From Sphingomonadales bacterium (GTDB lineage: Bacteria; Bacteroidota; Bacteroidia; UBA7662): a DNA stretch of 64,000 bases. The notes under the pieces are model-generated. The model searched no databases and was not told the origin of the DNA. It worked only from the letters and a program-made list of their open reading frames with translations. The stretch lies in the NCBI GenBank assembly GCA_016872215.1, contig VHAX01000010.1:2158-66157 (forward strand), written 5' to 3'. Shown piece after piece: positions 33,693-43,650 of the stretch. Numbering within the stretch: the stretch's first letter is position 1; the number at the start of each line of letters is the position of its first letter. A program made the position numbers and the translations under genes.

Positions 33693-34721
33693 ATGAAAAG
33701 AAGCAAGATTTTGGGCGTCGGGCATTTCGTGCCTGATCATGTGGTGACCAACCACGATTTGAGCCAGTTGATGGAAACTTCACACGAATGGGTTGTGGAG
33801 CGTACGGGTATTGAGGAGCGGAGGCATATTGTGCCGGGAGGTGGTGATACTACGGCCACCATGGGATATAAAGCCTCCCTGATGGCGCTCAAAAACGCAG
33901 GAATTCGAGCAGAAAACATCGATTTCATCATATTCGCTACGTTGAGTCCCGACTACTACTTCCCCGGTTCGGGCGTTCAACTGCAGGAAATGTTATCGCC
34001 CGATCACACCATCGGCGCGCTCGATATCCGTAATCAGTGCTCTGGCTTTGTGTATGCCCTTTCCGTGGCAGACCAGTTCATTCGCACGGGGATGTACCGG
34101 CGCATCCTTGTGGTGGGCTCAGAGGTGCACAGCGCGGGACTCGATATGACCACGCGCGGACGCAATGTGAGCGTCATTTTCGGAGATGGCGCCGGAGCGG
34201 TGGTGGTAGGAGTCGCCGAAGAGAATGGCGATGCGTCCACCGATGGAAATGGAATCTTGTCGACCCACCTCCACAGCGAAGGACGCCACGCCCGCGAACT
34301 TGCTGTGATTAGTCCCAGCACCCAACACTGGATATCCCACATCCTCAATGAAAACAACCCCGATGATGAGTCATATTACCCCTATATGAACGGAAATTTC
34401 GTTTTTAAACATGCCATAACCCGTTTTTCGGAGGTCATTAAGGAGGCACTTGAAGCGAATGGAATACAGGCAGGCGACCTCAAACTGATGATCCCCCATC
34501 AGGCCAACCTCCGCATCAGCCAGTATATTCAGCAAAAAATAGGGCTGCGTGACGATCAGGTCTACAACAACATCATGCGGTATGGAAACACAACAGCAGC
34601 GTCTATACCCATCGCGCTCAGCGAGGCAGTGGCCGAAGGCAGGCTGCAACGGGGCGACCTGCTGATGCTGGCCGCCTTTGGCAGCGGGTTCACATGGGCC
34701 TCGGCCCTCATTCGCTGGTAG
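33693..34721 (+). CDS. fabH: 3-oxoacyl-ACP synthase III family protein
   Basis: QCSGF Cys, FGDGAGA, PHQAN, GNTTAAS, AFGSGFTW. Confidence 0.9.
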   Translation: MKRSKILGVGHFVPDHVVTNHDLSQLMETSHEWVVERTGIEERRHIVPGGGDTTATMGYKASLMALKNAGIRAENIDFIIFATLSPDYYFPGSGVQLQEMLSPDHTIGALDIRNQCSGFVYALSVADQFIRTGMYRRILVVGSEVHSAGLDMTTRGRNVSVIFGDGAGAVVVGVAEENGDASTDGNGILSTHLHSEGRHARELAVISPSTQHWISHILNENNPDDESYYPYMNGNFVFKHAITRFSEVIKEALEANGIQAGDLKLMIPHQANLRISQYIQQKIGLRDDQVYNNIMRYGNTTAASIPIALSEAVAEGRLQRGDLLMLAAFGSGFTWASALIRW

Positions 34722-34779
34722 GAAATTAATTTATAGCCACAGGCGAACAATTGCTCCTTTATGGGGTTTATTCCGTATC

Positions 34780-35187
34780 ATGAAAATCACCGTAACCCGA
34801 AAATCACACTTCAACGCTGCCCACCGCCTCTACAGGCCGGATTGGGACGAGCATCGCAATAAGGAAGTGTATGGAAAGTGTTCAAACGCAAACTACCATG
34901 GGCACAACTACAATTTACTCGTGCATGTGAGCGGTGAGGTCGAAACGGAGACGGGCTATGTGGTGGATTTGAAGTGGCTAGCCGACCTGATCGACCGCTG
35001 TGTAGTTGAACGATTCGACCACCAAAATCTGAACATGGACACCGTTGAATTTCGCACGCTCGTGCCCACGGCCGAAAACATCGCCAGGGTAATCTGGAAC
35101 ATATTGCGTCTGGAAATTGACCCCGCACACGACTTAAAAGTAACCCTATATGAAACCGAACGAAATTATGTTGAATGCGAAGGATGA
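34780..35187 (+). CDS. 6-pyruvoyl-tetrahydropterin synthase family (COG0720), C-X5-HGH type
   Basis: [35 protein letters not shown]. Confidence 0.9.
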   Translation: MKITVTRKSHFNAAHRLYRPDWDEHRNKEVYGKCSNANYHGHNYNLLVHVSGEVETETGYVVDLKWLADLIDRCVVERFDHQNLNMDTVEFRTLVPTAENIARVIWNILRLEIDPAHDLKVTLYETERNYVECEG

Positions 35188-35845
35188 ACAACGCCTGATG
35201 GAAGAGTTGGGCGACCACCACTTACCCGGGGCCATGGAAACACCGCTCAGGCAGGATGCATTTGAACGCGACAACGAACTCAAGATAGAGTTGATCGAAA
35301 AGCACTTCCGCGAAATCATGTATGTTCTAGGTCTTGACCTGAGCGATGATAGTCTACGGGGCACACCCTATCGAGTCGCTAAAATGTATGTGGAGGAAAT
35401 TTTTAGTGGACTGAACCCCGACAACAAACCGAAGGTGGTTCTATTCGACAATAAATATCAGTACCGCCAAATGCTTGTAGAAAAAGATATTGCCGTTTTT
35501 TCCAACTGCGAGCATCATTTTGTGCCTATTGTTGGAAAAGCACACGTGGCCTACATCAGCAATGGACAGGTCATCGGCTTAAGCAAAATCAACCGAATCG
35601 TCGATTATTTCGCCCGCCGTCCACAGGTGCAGGAGCGGCTGACCCGCCAAATCGCCAACGAACTACGCAGTGTTTTGGGAACGGAAGATGTGGCGGTTGT
35701 TGTGGATGCAAAACATATGTGTGTAAGCATGCGCGGGGTACAAGACAGGCAAAGTCGGGCAATCACGTCCGATTACAGTGGACGTTTTCTCGACGAGGCA
35801 ACCCGCTCGGAATTTCTTCGCTATCTGGAAATGCCCTCACATTGA
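35150..35845 (+). CDS. folE: GTP cyclohydrolase I
   Basis: [37 protein letters not shown]; start may be 35168. Confidence 0.96.
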   Translation: MKPNEIMLNAKDEQRLMEELGDHHLPGAMETPLRQDAFERDNELKIELIEKHFREIMYVLGLDLSDDSLRGTPYRVAKMYVEEIFSGLNPDNKPKVVLFDNKYQYRQMLVEKDIAVFSNCEHHFVPIVGKAHVAYISNGQVIGLSKINRIVDYFARRPQVQERLTRQIANELRSVLGTEDVAVVVDAKHMCVSMRGVQDRQSRAITSDYSGRFLDEATRSEFLRYLEMPSH

Positions 35846-36558
35846 TGGCTCGTTTAGAACAGCGCAACATTCTGATTGTGGGTGCCCGCACGGGCATTGG
35901 TGCCGAAATTGTTCGCTTGGCCCAAGCAGAGGGCGCCCGAATTTGGGCGCTCGGGCGGAAGAAACCCCAAGCAAACGGAATCAGCTGGTCGATCTGGGAT
36001 GCGTTGGGGGATGATGAGGTTCCAGTAGGACACCTGCCGGAAGAACTCCATGGCCTGGTGTATTGCCCGGGCAGCATTACCCTAAAGCCCTTCAACCGCT
36101 TAACCGACTCAGATTATCTGCAGGAATGGAAATTAAATTTCCTGGGTGCAACCCGTGTGACACGGGCCGTTTATGGTCGGCTCAAAAATACGGGCGACTC
36201 TTCCGTGGTATACGTGAGCACGGTAGCTGCGCAAACGGGAATTCCCTTTCACAGCTCGATAGCCTCTGCCAAAGCAGCACTGGAGGGTCTGACGCGCTCG
36301 CTTGCAGCAGAATCGGCCGTATCGGGTATCCGAGTCAATGCCCTGGCACCTTCCCTGACCGACACCCCACTGGCCGCAGCACTGCTCAACAGCGATGAAA
36401 AGAGGATTGCGAGTGGTAAACGACATCCGCTGGGTCGCGTGGGAACACCCCAAGATATGGCCTCAGCGGCGATATTTTTGTTATCGCCCGAATCGGGCTG
36501 GGTTACCGGACAAATATTAGGGGTTGACGGGGGACTGGGCAGCATCAGAGGCATTTGA
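35845..36558 (+). CDS. Atypical short-chain dehydrogenase/reductase (IxxxK instead of YxxxK)
   Basis: GARTGIG NAD(P) motif, HSSIASAK, IRVNALAP, VTGQILGVDGG; TGATG coupling to folE. Confidence 0.88.
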   Translation: MARLEQRNILIVGARTGIGAEIVRLAQAEGARIWALGRKKPQANGISWSIWDALGDDEVPVGHLPEELHGLVYCPGSITLKPFNRLTDSDYLQEWKLNFLGATRVTRAVYGRLKNTGDSSVVYVSTVAAQTGIPFHSSIASAKAALEGLTRSLAAESAVSGIRVNALAPSLTDTPLAAALLNSDEKRIASGKRHPLGRVGTPQDMASAAIFLLSPESGWVTGQILGVDGGLGSIRGI

Positions 36559-36596
36559 AACCCCATCAAACCCTAAATCCCACTCCCATCATCGGT

Positions 36597-37910
36597 ATGT
36601 CTACACCCCCTATCAGCATTTGCTGGCTGCGGCGTGACCTGCGTCTGACCAACAATCCTGCACTCTGGAATGCGCTACACTCAGGGCAACCAGTGATGGT
36701 CCTGTTTATCTTCGACAGCCACATACTGAGTCGACTCGAAAACCGTGACGATGCGCGCGTTCATTTCCTCCACAATACCTTGTCGGCCTTAAACGAAGAG
36801 CTGGCACAAGCAGGCGGTGGTGTGACCATAATCTACGGAAAACCAGAGGAGATTTGGGAGAAACTGATCCAAAAACACACAATAACCGGGGTTTATGTGA
36901 ACCGCGACTACGAGCCCTATGCCAGGCAGCGCGACGCCCAAATTGCAGGTTTACTCAACCGCAACGGTATTGTGTGGCATGACTTCAAAGACCATGTACT
37001 GCGTGAACCGCATGAGGTATTGAAGGACGACGGTAAGCCCTACACGGTCTTTACACCCTATAGCAGAAAATGGCTCAATACCCTTCAGGAATCCCACTTT
37101 CGGGAGTGGAACACTACGGATCTAATAAAAAGCAGCCGAATGGTTGTGGACCGAACCACCCCATTACCTGGCCTCGCGGAAATGGGTTTCGCACCATCCA
37201 CGATCAGCACACCCCCTCCCTACACACAGGATGACCTCATAGCACATTACGACAACCGAAGGAACTTTCCGCACATCGATGGCACCTCGAGACTCGGACT
37301 GCATCTGCGCTTTGGCACCATTAGCATTCGTTCGTTGGCCCAGCGTGCACGCCGCCTGAACGCCAAATTCCTTAACGAATTGATCTGGCGCGATTTCTAT
37401 CAGATGATTCTGGCCCAATTTCCTAAAGTGGCTGAAAGCGCATTCAAACCAGCTTATGACAAAATCGCCTGGAGGGATGCCCCGGCCGACTTCGAACGCT
37501 GGTGTGCCGGCACAACCGGTTATCCACTTGTGGATGCCGGAATGCGTCAACTGCTCGAGACTGGTTTCATGCACAATCGGGTGCGGATGGTGACAGCTAG
37601 TTTCCTGACCAAACATTTGCTGATCGATTGGCGCCTCGGAGAGGCCTGGTTTGCCCGCTATTTACTGGATTTCGACCTGGCGTCGAACAATGGCGGTTGG
37701 CAATGGGCAGCAGGCAGCGGCTGCGACGCGGTTCCCTACTTCCGGGTGTTTAACCCCTCCGAGCAGAGCCGAATATTCGATCCCAATGGCCTCTATATCC
37801 GAAAATGGGTACCAGAGTGGGGTACATCACACTACCCTGCCCCCATGGTGGAACATTCCTTTGCCCGTAATCGGGCACTCGACACCTACAGCTCGGCCCT
37901 CAGGTCATAA
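36597..37910 (+). CDS. DNA photolyase/cryptochrome family (CPD photolyase-like)
   Basis: WLRRDLRL, ELIWRDFY, TGYPLVDAGMR, MHNRVRM, NNGGWQW. Confidence 0.93.
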   Translation: MSTPPISICWLRRDLRLTNNPALWNALHSGQPVMVLFIFDSHILSRLENRDDARVHFLHNTLSALNEELAQAGGGVTIIYGKPEEIWEKLIQKHTITGVYVNRDYEPYARQRDAQIAGLLNRNGIVWHDFKDHVLREPHEVLKDDGKPYTVFTPYSRKWLNTLQESHFREWNTTDLIKSSRMVVDRTTPLPGLAEMGFAPSTISTPPPYTQDDLIAHYDNRRNFPHIDGTSRLGLHLRFGTISIRSLAQRARRLNAKFLNELIWRDFYQMILAQFPKVAESAFKPAYDKIAWRDAPADFERWCAGTTGYPLVDAGMRQLLETGFMHNRVRMVTASFLTKHLLIDWRLGEAWFARYLLDFDLASNNGGWQWAAGSGCDAVPYFRVFNPSEQSRIFDPNGLYIRKWVPEWGTSHYPAPMVEHSFARNRALDTYSSALRS

Positions 37911-38343
37911 ACAGCCGACCCTAGCTCTGTGATCCCCATGAGAACCGTTTTGCTCGTTAAAATTATGGCATGGGTATGCGAATACCATCGCGCGTTTGTG
38001 AATACAATCATCGGAATCAAAGCCGTCTTTTTGCTGGAAACCCAGAATGAAAATAGACGGAATAACCTGGTCCTGTTCACTTCCTCTGTGCACCCAGGGG
38101 CAACCCCACACTCCTCTTAATAATGCTGAGACCACCTGAAGCCCAACATGACACACAAAGGATTATTCAACTGAACGCGCGCACTTCACCCTGATTGTTG
38201 TGACCACAGATGAGATGGAAGCCGCCCACCAATGCAGTGCCCGCTACCCGGCGGATAAGTGCTGGGTACTTGGATTTAATGCTTACACACCATAATATCG
38301 GTTAAAAACCAGCCCTTTGCCAGAATTTTTTCATTCGCCCCAG

Positions 38344-39336
38344 ATGAACCCCTACGCCACCCACCGACTGCTGATGGTTCGCCCGGCTCAATTCGGTTAC
38401 AACGAACAAACTAGTTCGACCAATGCCTACCAGAGCAATGCGTTTGGCGAAATAATCGACCCAAACGAAGATCTGGCGCATAATAACCCTACAAAAACCA
38501 GATACAGTTCATCGGAATGCGAGCATTCGGTGGCCCGGCAGGCCTTGGCCGAATTCGACGAGAGTGTATCGCGACTTCGCACCGCAGGGGTGCACGTCAC
38601 CCTTTGGAATGACAATACGCAGCCTCCAAAGCCCGATGCCATCTTCCTCAACAACTGGTTCAGTACTCATCCAGGCGGGGAGTTCCTGTTATATCCCATG
38701 ATGGCTGAAAACCGCCGTGCCGAAATCGACCCACACCATGTGGCCGCGTTGAAGGATATGGGACTCGAAGCAGGGCCGGATCTGAGTGGACTGGCTTCCA
38801 TCAACCAGTTCCTCGAAGGTACGGGCAGTCTGGTTTTCGACCATAGGCACCGGGTGATTTTTGCCACGGAATCGCCGCGTACCCACCGGAAACCAGCCGA
38901 AACCGTGGCACAACACCTAGGATATCGTTTGCACTTTTTAGTTGCAAAAGATAAACATGGATCGGCTCCCTACCACACCAATGTCGTACTCTCGGTTGGC
39001 CCTTCCCTCGCCGTGGCTTGCCTGCATGCCATAGAAAAGCACGATTCTTCATTTCCTTTACGTGAACATTTGATCCGTGACTGCCGGATGCTCATCGAAA
39101 TCAGCCCAAAACAGATGAACTTTTACTGTGCCAATGTTCTTGAAGTACAGAACAAGGACGGGGAGCCGCTGCTCATCGTTTCCCGCACAGCATGGAGTGC
39201 CTTTACTGATCAACAGCGCATACAAATCAGTCAGCTCGTTAGACCTGTTGTGCTCGACATCCCCCTGATCGAACGTGTGGGAGGAGGATCAGCCCGATGC
39301 ATGGTTGCTGAGCTGTTTGGTGTCGATGCGGATTAA
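38344..39336 (+). CDS. Amidinotransferase-fold protein (CtlX-like citrulline utilization hydrolase family)
   Basis: LMVRP, PDAIFLNNWFS, LEGTGS, YHTNV, GGGSARCM. Confidence 0.85.
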   Translation: MNPYATHRLLMVRPAQFGYNEQTSSTNAYQSNAFGEIIDPNEDLAHNNPTKTRYSSSECEHSVARQALAEFDESVSRLRTAGVHVTLWNDNTQPPKPDAIFLNNWFSTHPGGEFLLYPMMAENRRAEIDPHHVAALKDMGLEAGPDLSGLASINQFLEGTGSLVFDHRHRVIFATESPRTHRKPAETVAQHLGYRLHFLVAKDKHGSAPYHTNVVLSVGPSLAVACLHAIEKHDSSFPLREHLIRDCRMLIEISPKQMNFYCANVLEVQNKDGEPLLIVSRTAWSAFTDQQRIQISQLVRPVVLDIPLIERVGGGSARCMVAELFGVDAD

Positions 39337-39341
39337 TCGGT

Positions 39342-39566
39342 ACATAGAATCCCGCTGCTTATGTCACGCCCCGACACAACCTTTTATTTGTTTAAGTGCG
39401 ATTCGCGTTCCAGTTTGGTCGACACATAGAATCCCGCTGCTTATGTCACGCCCCGACACAACCTTTTATTTGTTTAAGTGCGATTCGCGTCCCAGTTTGG
39501 TCAACACATAGAATACCGCTGCTTATATCACACCCCGCCACCACTGTTGTTTGGTATAAGCGCGAC
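39342..39566 (+). repeat. 82-bp tandem repeat, two near-identical copies plus a degenerate third
   Basis: ACATAGAATCCCGCTGCTTATGTCACGCCCCGAC... starts at 39342 and 39424, degenerate copy at 39506. Confidence 0.92.
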
Positions 39567-39699
39567 TTTCAGCTCAACGATCACGCACCTCTGGCCGATG
39601 CACTCCAAAAACACTAGTGGGTCTTGCTGTGTACATCCATGAACCTTCCCAATAGGCTGATTAACGCTATACTGAACGAAGCTCTCGCTTTGTTTTCAC

Positions 39700-40200
39700 A
39701 TCAATCGCCGACATCCGTAAACGCCTGCCAGCAGGTTGTGTTTTTCTGGCCATCGAAGAAGAAGTCGTTTACCTGCTTGAAGAATTAAATCGTCTTCTTT
39801 CCTTTTCCTATGTATACAGCCATGAGTAAACGGAACTGTCTATTACATGCCGCAGAAATCGTTTCGTTGCCTCATGGTGCAAGGATATTGGGATTCTTTG
39901 TAAGGAACATCCTTCCAACGGGGTAAAAATACCCTGCAAAAGTCTAAAGGGATGGAATACGAGTTGGTATTCGCGTATGAACCAGCAATTATCGCAACCT
40001 GATTGGTCACAGTATCGTCCGTTTTCCAATTCGCCGGCGTTATGGAAGTGGTGTCGATCTCGTGTATGGCGTCCGGAATTCTTAAAAACAAAAAAGCAGG
40101 CCGGCATGCAACCAGAAGGTAAGTCGACCAGACTTCTGTACCTACGTGATTTTCTGCAGCCAAGACATATCGATTATAGCCGGATGATCTGCAAGGCGCA
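39700..40200 (+). pseudogene. Decayed UvrD/Rep/AddA-like SF1 helicase fragment (limits approximate)
   Basis: NGVKI / TLQKSKGMEYELVF across a frameshift (motif V-like, about 39917-39975) and RLLY / YVIFC / AKT fragments (motif VI-like, about 40130-40170). Confidence 0.5.
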
Positions 40201-40789
40201 TTCTCATATAGGTTGGGTATCGATTATCTCCATCCTGTGGTGGATCCTGATGCCGCAGCCGCACACGCAAGGAAGCAACCCTGGTCTATGATAGGCAGCG
40301 CCGAATGCTGTCCCCATACCATTATTATCATATGCAAAAAAGGTAAAAAACACGATCAGCCAAACCACTCTACCTGAAATGAAGGCCAGCAAAATCAAGG
40401 TCAACCTGGAGGTCTGGTCTACCGCAAACCCTGTCTCCTGGACAAAGCATGATTCATCTACTGTTGGCTTTTTTCATGGCGCAGGAAGTGACTCCGATGC
40501 CGGAATGAGGTGACCTGCTCCAGCGATGCTTGCCGCAATCAAGCCCGACAGTAGTTTATTGAAGCAGAACCTGTATTGGTTCGATCAACCCCATCATTCA
40601 GCCCAAAGAACTGCAGTGCGCTGCGCTAACGTAACCTCGGAAAGATAAGGTGGAAAAAGGTACACCAGGGGGGGCCGGTCTCGGTAAAAGAGGCAAAGGT
40701 CACATTGGGAGTACAAAATTATGGCGAAAGTCACATCAAAGACTCAGTAGAAGATGTAAAAGACATAATAAACAATAATTGCAAGCGAT

Positions 40790-42010
40790 TTATCTGGCAA
40801 CATCGCTGCGTCGCGGCTTTTCTGGAGCGCTGTTACGCCAGAGCCACGGCCCAATCGCCGTTAAACCCCATAGTCTCATCATGTGACTATAGATCGAGGT
40901 ATTGTCCTGTATGCCGGTGAAAGCATAGGCACCAGGTCCATAGGCAAATACCGGAACCATTACCCCGGTGTGCATTTTGGAGGTGAATGCCCCCTCAACA
41001 CGTCCAGTTCCCCGATCACCCCCATTGACAGCGAATCCCCCCGTTTCGTGGTCGGCCGTCACAACCACCAACGTATTACCGTCGCGCACAGCAAAATCCA
41101 GCGCCACGCCTATTGCCTTATCGAAATCAACCACTTCCTGTATGATGTAATCTGCATCATTCGCATGCCCACCCCAATCGATTTGAGAACCCTCCACCAT
41201 CAAAAAAAATCCACGGGATGTATCATACAGGTGATCGATCGCCAGGCCGGTGGCAAAGGGCAGGAAATCGCCCCGCCCCTCACTCATTTTAGGTGCCTCC
41301 TTATCCCAAAGCAAGGCAGCCAATCGGTTCCCTTTGGGAATTTGAATCAATGCAGCCGAATCAAAGGCCATATGAAATCCACGCTCGCGCATATTGGCCG
41401 TGAGTGCACGTCCATCATTCCGCTGATCGAAATACTTCTTCCCCGCTCCTATTAGTAGGTCGACCTTGCTTTCCATGATTTGTCGCGCGATTTCTTCGTG
41501 CATCTCACGGTCGGGAACATGCGCAAGAAACGAGGCAGGCGTGGCATGCGTTACCGATGAGGTGGCCACAACGCCAGTGCGCCGACCCGTGCGTGCGACT
41601 GTTTCCAATATGGTCTCACAGGCCATTGTATCAGAATCTACACCGATAGCTCCGTTGAATGTCTTTTTGCCAATGCTGAATGCCGTTGCCCCCGCACCGG
41701 AATCAGTGATCAAATCATCAAAGGAATGAGTCTTACTAAAGCCCAGGTACCGGAACCGTTCCAGATTCAGTTCCTGACGACTCGCGACCATCCCCGCAAA
41801 AATTTGAGTGGTACCCATCCCATCGCCAATCAATAATATGATGTTCCGTGGCTGGGCTTGAGCAACTGATTCGACCATCAGACGTGCTCTTTGTAGAGGC
41901 GATGACTTTTTTTGACGAGACGTGGGTTGGGCGACGGCATTTCCATTCATCAAAAAAGGTCCCAAAAAAAGTAAGGCGAATAAGATTGCGGTACGCATTT
42001 GATTTTTCAT
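40790..42010 (-). CDS. Alkaline phosphatase (PhoA family) with signal peptide
   Basis: IGDGMG, TDSGAGAT active Ser, THATPA, EGSQIDWGGH, TADHETGG. Confidence 0.93.
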   Translation of the reverse strand: MKNQMRTAILFALLFLGPFLMNGNAVAQPTSRQKKSSPLQRARLMVESVAQAQPRNIILLIGDGMGTTQIFAGMVASRQELNLERFRYLGFSKTHSFDDLITDSGAGATAFSIGKKTFNGAIGVDSDTMACETILETVARTGRRTGVVATSSVTHATPASFLAHVPDREMHEEIARQIMESKVDLLIGAGKKYFDQRNDGRALTANMRERGFHMAFDSAALIQIPKGNRLAALLWDKEAPKMSEGRGDFLPFATGLAIDHLYDTSRGFFLMVEGSQIDWGGHANDADYIIQEVVDFDKAIGVALDFAVRDGNTLVVVTADHETGGFAVNGGDRGTGRVEGAFTSKMHTGVMVPVFAYGPGAYAFTGIQDNTSIYSHMMRLWGLTAIGPWLWRNSAPEKPRRSDVAR

Positions 42011-42124
42011 AAGGCAAATCTAAGGGGTGCAAATGCTAGTCTGTTATGTATGCATAAAGATAATATTAGCGGATTGGGGCTGTATAATCTCGGCTCTACA
42101 TTCTTGGCGAGGTTTCCTCTAGAT

Positions 42125-42712
42125 TTAAAGACCTGCTTGTCTGAGAACCATGGCCTGAACGGCGGCCACCGTGATCGCGTCGGTAATCTCCCCCGACTTC
42201 ACCCTGTTCCGGACCTCCTTTAAAGGCAACTTCAGGTATTTGAGTTGCTCCGTTTCCTCCGGTTCGGGTAACCACTGATGGAGGATAGTCGCGAGGTATA
42301 CAACGCAGTACTCATCGGTGACGCTATTGGACAAGTACATTCTGAGCAGTACCTCCCAGTTATCGGCCTTCAAGCCCGTCTCTTCAAGCAATTCGCGTTG
42401 TGCCGACACCAGCGGGTCTACGTCGACGGGTCCGCCGCCTTCCGGTATCTCCCACGAATAGGCATCCAATGTGTATCGATACTGGCCCACCAAACTGATG
42501 CAACCATCGGCATCCAGTGCTACAATGCCAATAGCCATATTTTTGAAATGCACTTTTCCATAAATTCCTGGTTTGCCCGACGGATTCACGACTTGAAACT
42601 CTGTCAACCGAATCCATGGATTATCATAGACCTCTCTGGCGGATTGGGTCACCCAGGGATTATTCGATTCGATAGGAAGGGCTATTCGTTCTGCTTGTTG
42701 CATTTGGCTCAT
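42125..42712 (-). CDS. NUDIX hydrolase
   Basis: EIPEGG...AQRELLEETG Nudix box. Confidence 0.92.
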   Translation of the reverse strand: MSQMQQAERIALPIESNNPWVTQSAREVYDNPWIRLTEFQVVNPSGKPGIYGKVHFKNMAIGIVALDADGCISLVGQYRYTLDAYSWEIPEGGGPVDVDPLVSAQRELLEETGLKADNWEVLLRMYLSNSVTDEYCVVYLATILHQWLPEPEETEQLKYLKLPLKEVRNRVKSGEITDAITVAAVQAMVLRQAGL

Positions 42713-42797
42713 TTTCCAAGCAAGATAATTTTTTTTTGAAGTCGATGAACTTTCCTTTTACTCATTCGTTTGGTAGGGGTAATAAAAATTATACCCT

Positions 42798-43448
42798 ATG
42801 AAAAACACCCTAATGATTGCAGTCGCGGTCGGCTTGTTATCCTTCTCCTGCGCCAACAGTGGTCAAGAAGCCGAAAATGTAGATGTATCCGCCGCTTCGG
42901 AAGTTGCCAGTACACAAGAGTTTTCCCTAACATCGGGCGAGTTGAAGTGGACTGGAAAAAAAGTGACCGGAGAGCATTTTGGTACTGTTGCTATCACAGA
43001 GGGTGCGTTGCAAGCTGATGCTGGTCAACTCAAAGGCGGAAACTTCACCATTGATATGAGCAGCATCAAAGTGGAAGATATTACGGATGCAGAAAAAAAT
43101 GGAAAATTGGTGGATCACCTGAAATCGCCCGATTTCTTCGCAGTAGATAGCCACAAAGTAGCCAATTTTGTGATTACCGCAGTTGAGACGATGTCAGCTT
43201 TCGACGCTGAGGGTAACACCCACACCATAGCCGGCAACCTGACCATCAAAGGCATTACCCGAGGCATCAAATTCCCGGCTATGGTTCGAATGGAGGCGGC
43301 TGCTATGAAGGCCAACGCTAAATTTGATATCGACCGCACGTTATGGAACATACGTTATGGCTCAGGCAAGTTCTTCAATGACCTTGGCGATAAGATGATC
43401 AACGACAACATCACGTTGAATATCAATCTGCAGGCCACTGAGAAGTAA
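42798..43448 (+). CDS. YceI family lipoprotein
   Basis: LSFSC lipobox, WTGKK..H.G, HLKSPDFF, GNLTIKG, IDRT.W.I.YGS. Confidence 0.9.
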   Translation: MKNTLMIAVAVGLLSFSCANSGQEAENVDVSAASEVASTQEFSLTSGELKWTGKKVTGEHFGTVAITEGALQADAGQLKGGNFTIDMSSIKVEDITDAEKNGKLVDHLKSPDFFAVDSHKVANFVITAVETMSAFDAEGNTHTIAGNLTIKGITRGIKFPAMVRMEAAAMKANAKFDIDRTLWNIRYGSGKFFNDLGDKMINDNITLNINLQATEK

Positions 43449-43525
43449 TTCTCTACTGAACTTAAAAATGTGATTTCCCACTTTTTAACAGAAAATCACA
43501 AAGTCCTTACATTACACATAAACAT

Positions 43526-43555
43526 AATGCCGGCCTTAGGACCGGCATTTTTTTT
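43526..43555 (+). terminator. Intrinsic terminator after the YceI gene
   Basis: AATGCCGG/CCGGCATT stem followed by a T run. Confidence 0.8.
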
Positions 43556-43566
43556 GCATTCGTTTT

Positions 43567-43610
43567 TTTGTGATTCCCGCTTCATCAATTTGTGATTCCC
43601 GCTTCATCAA
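43567..43610 (+). repeat. Perfect 22-bp tandem duplication TTTGTGATTCCCGCTTCATCAA
   Basis: Copies at 43567 and 43589. Confidence 0.9.
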
Positions 43611-43650
43611 GAGAAACTCAAAGAAGACTGGCTATTAACCTGGCAGCTGT

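Noticed and set aside
34780..35187. queD annotation or a 7-deazaguanine DNA modification cluster
   Set aside because: Motif is C-X5-HGH, and no queC, queE, queF or dpd genes are adjacent
39342..39566. 82-bp repeat as a mini-CRISPR
   Set aside because: The whole unit is repeated, so there is no repeat/spacer alternation
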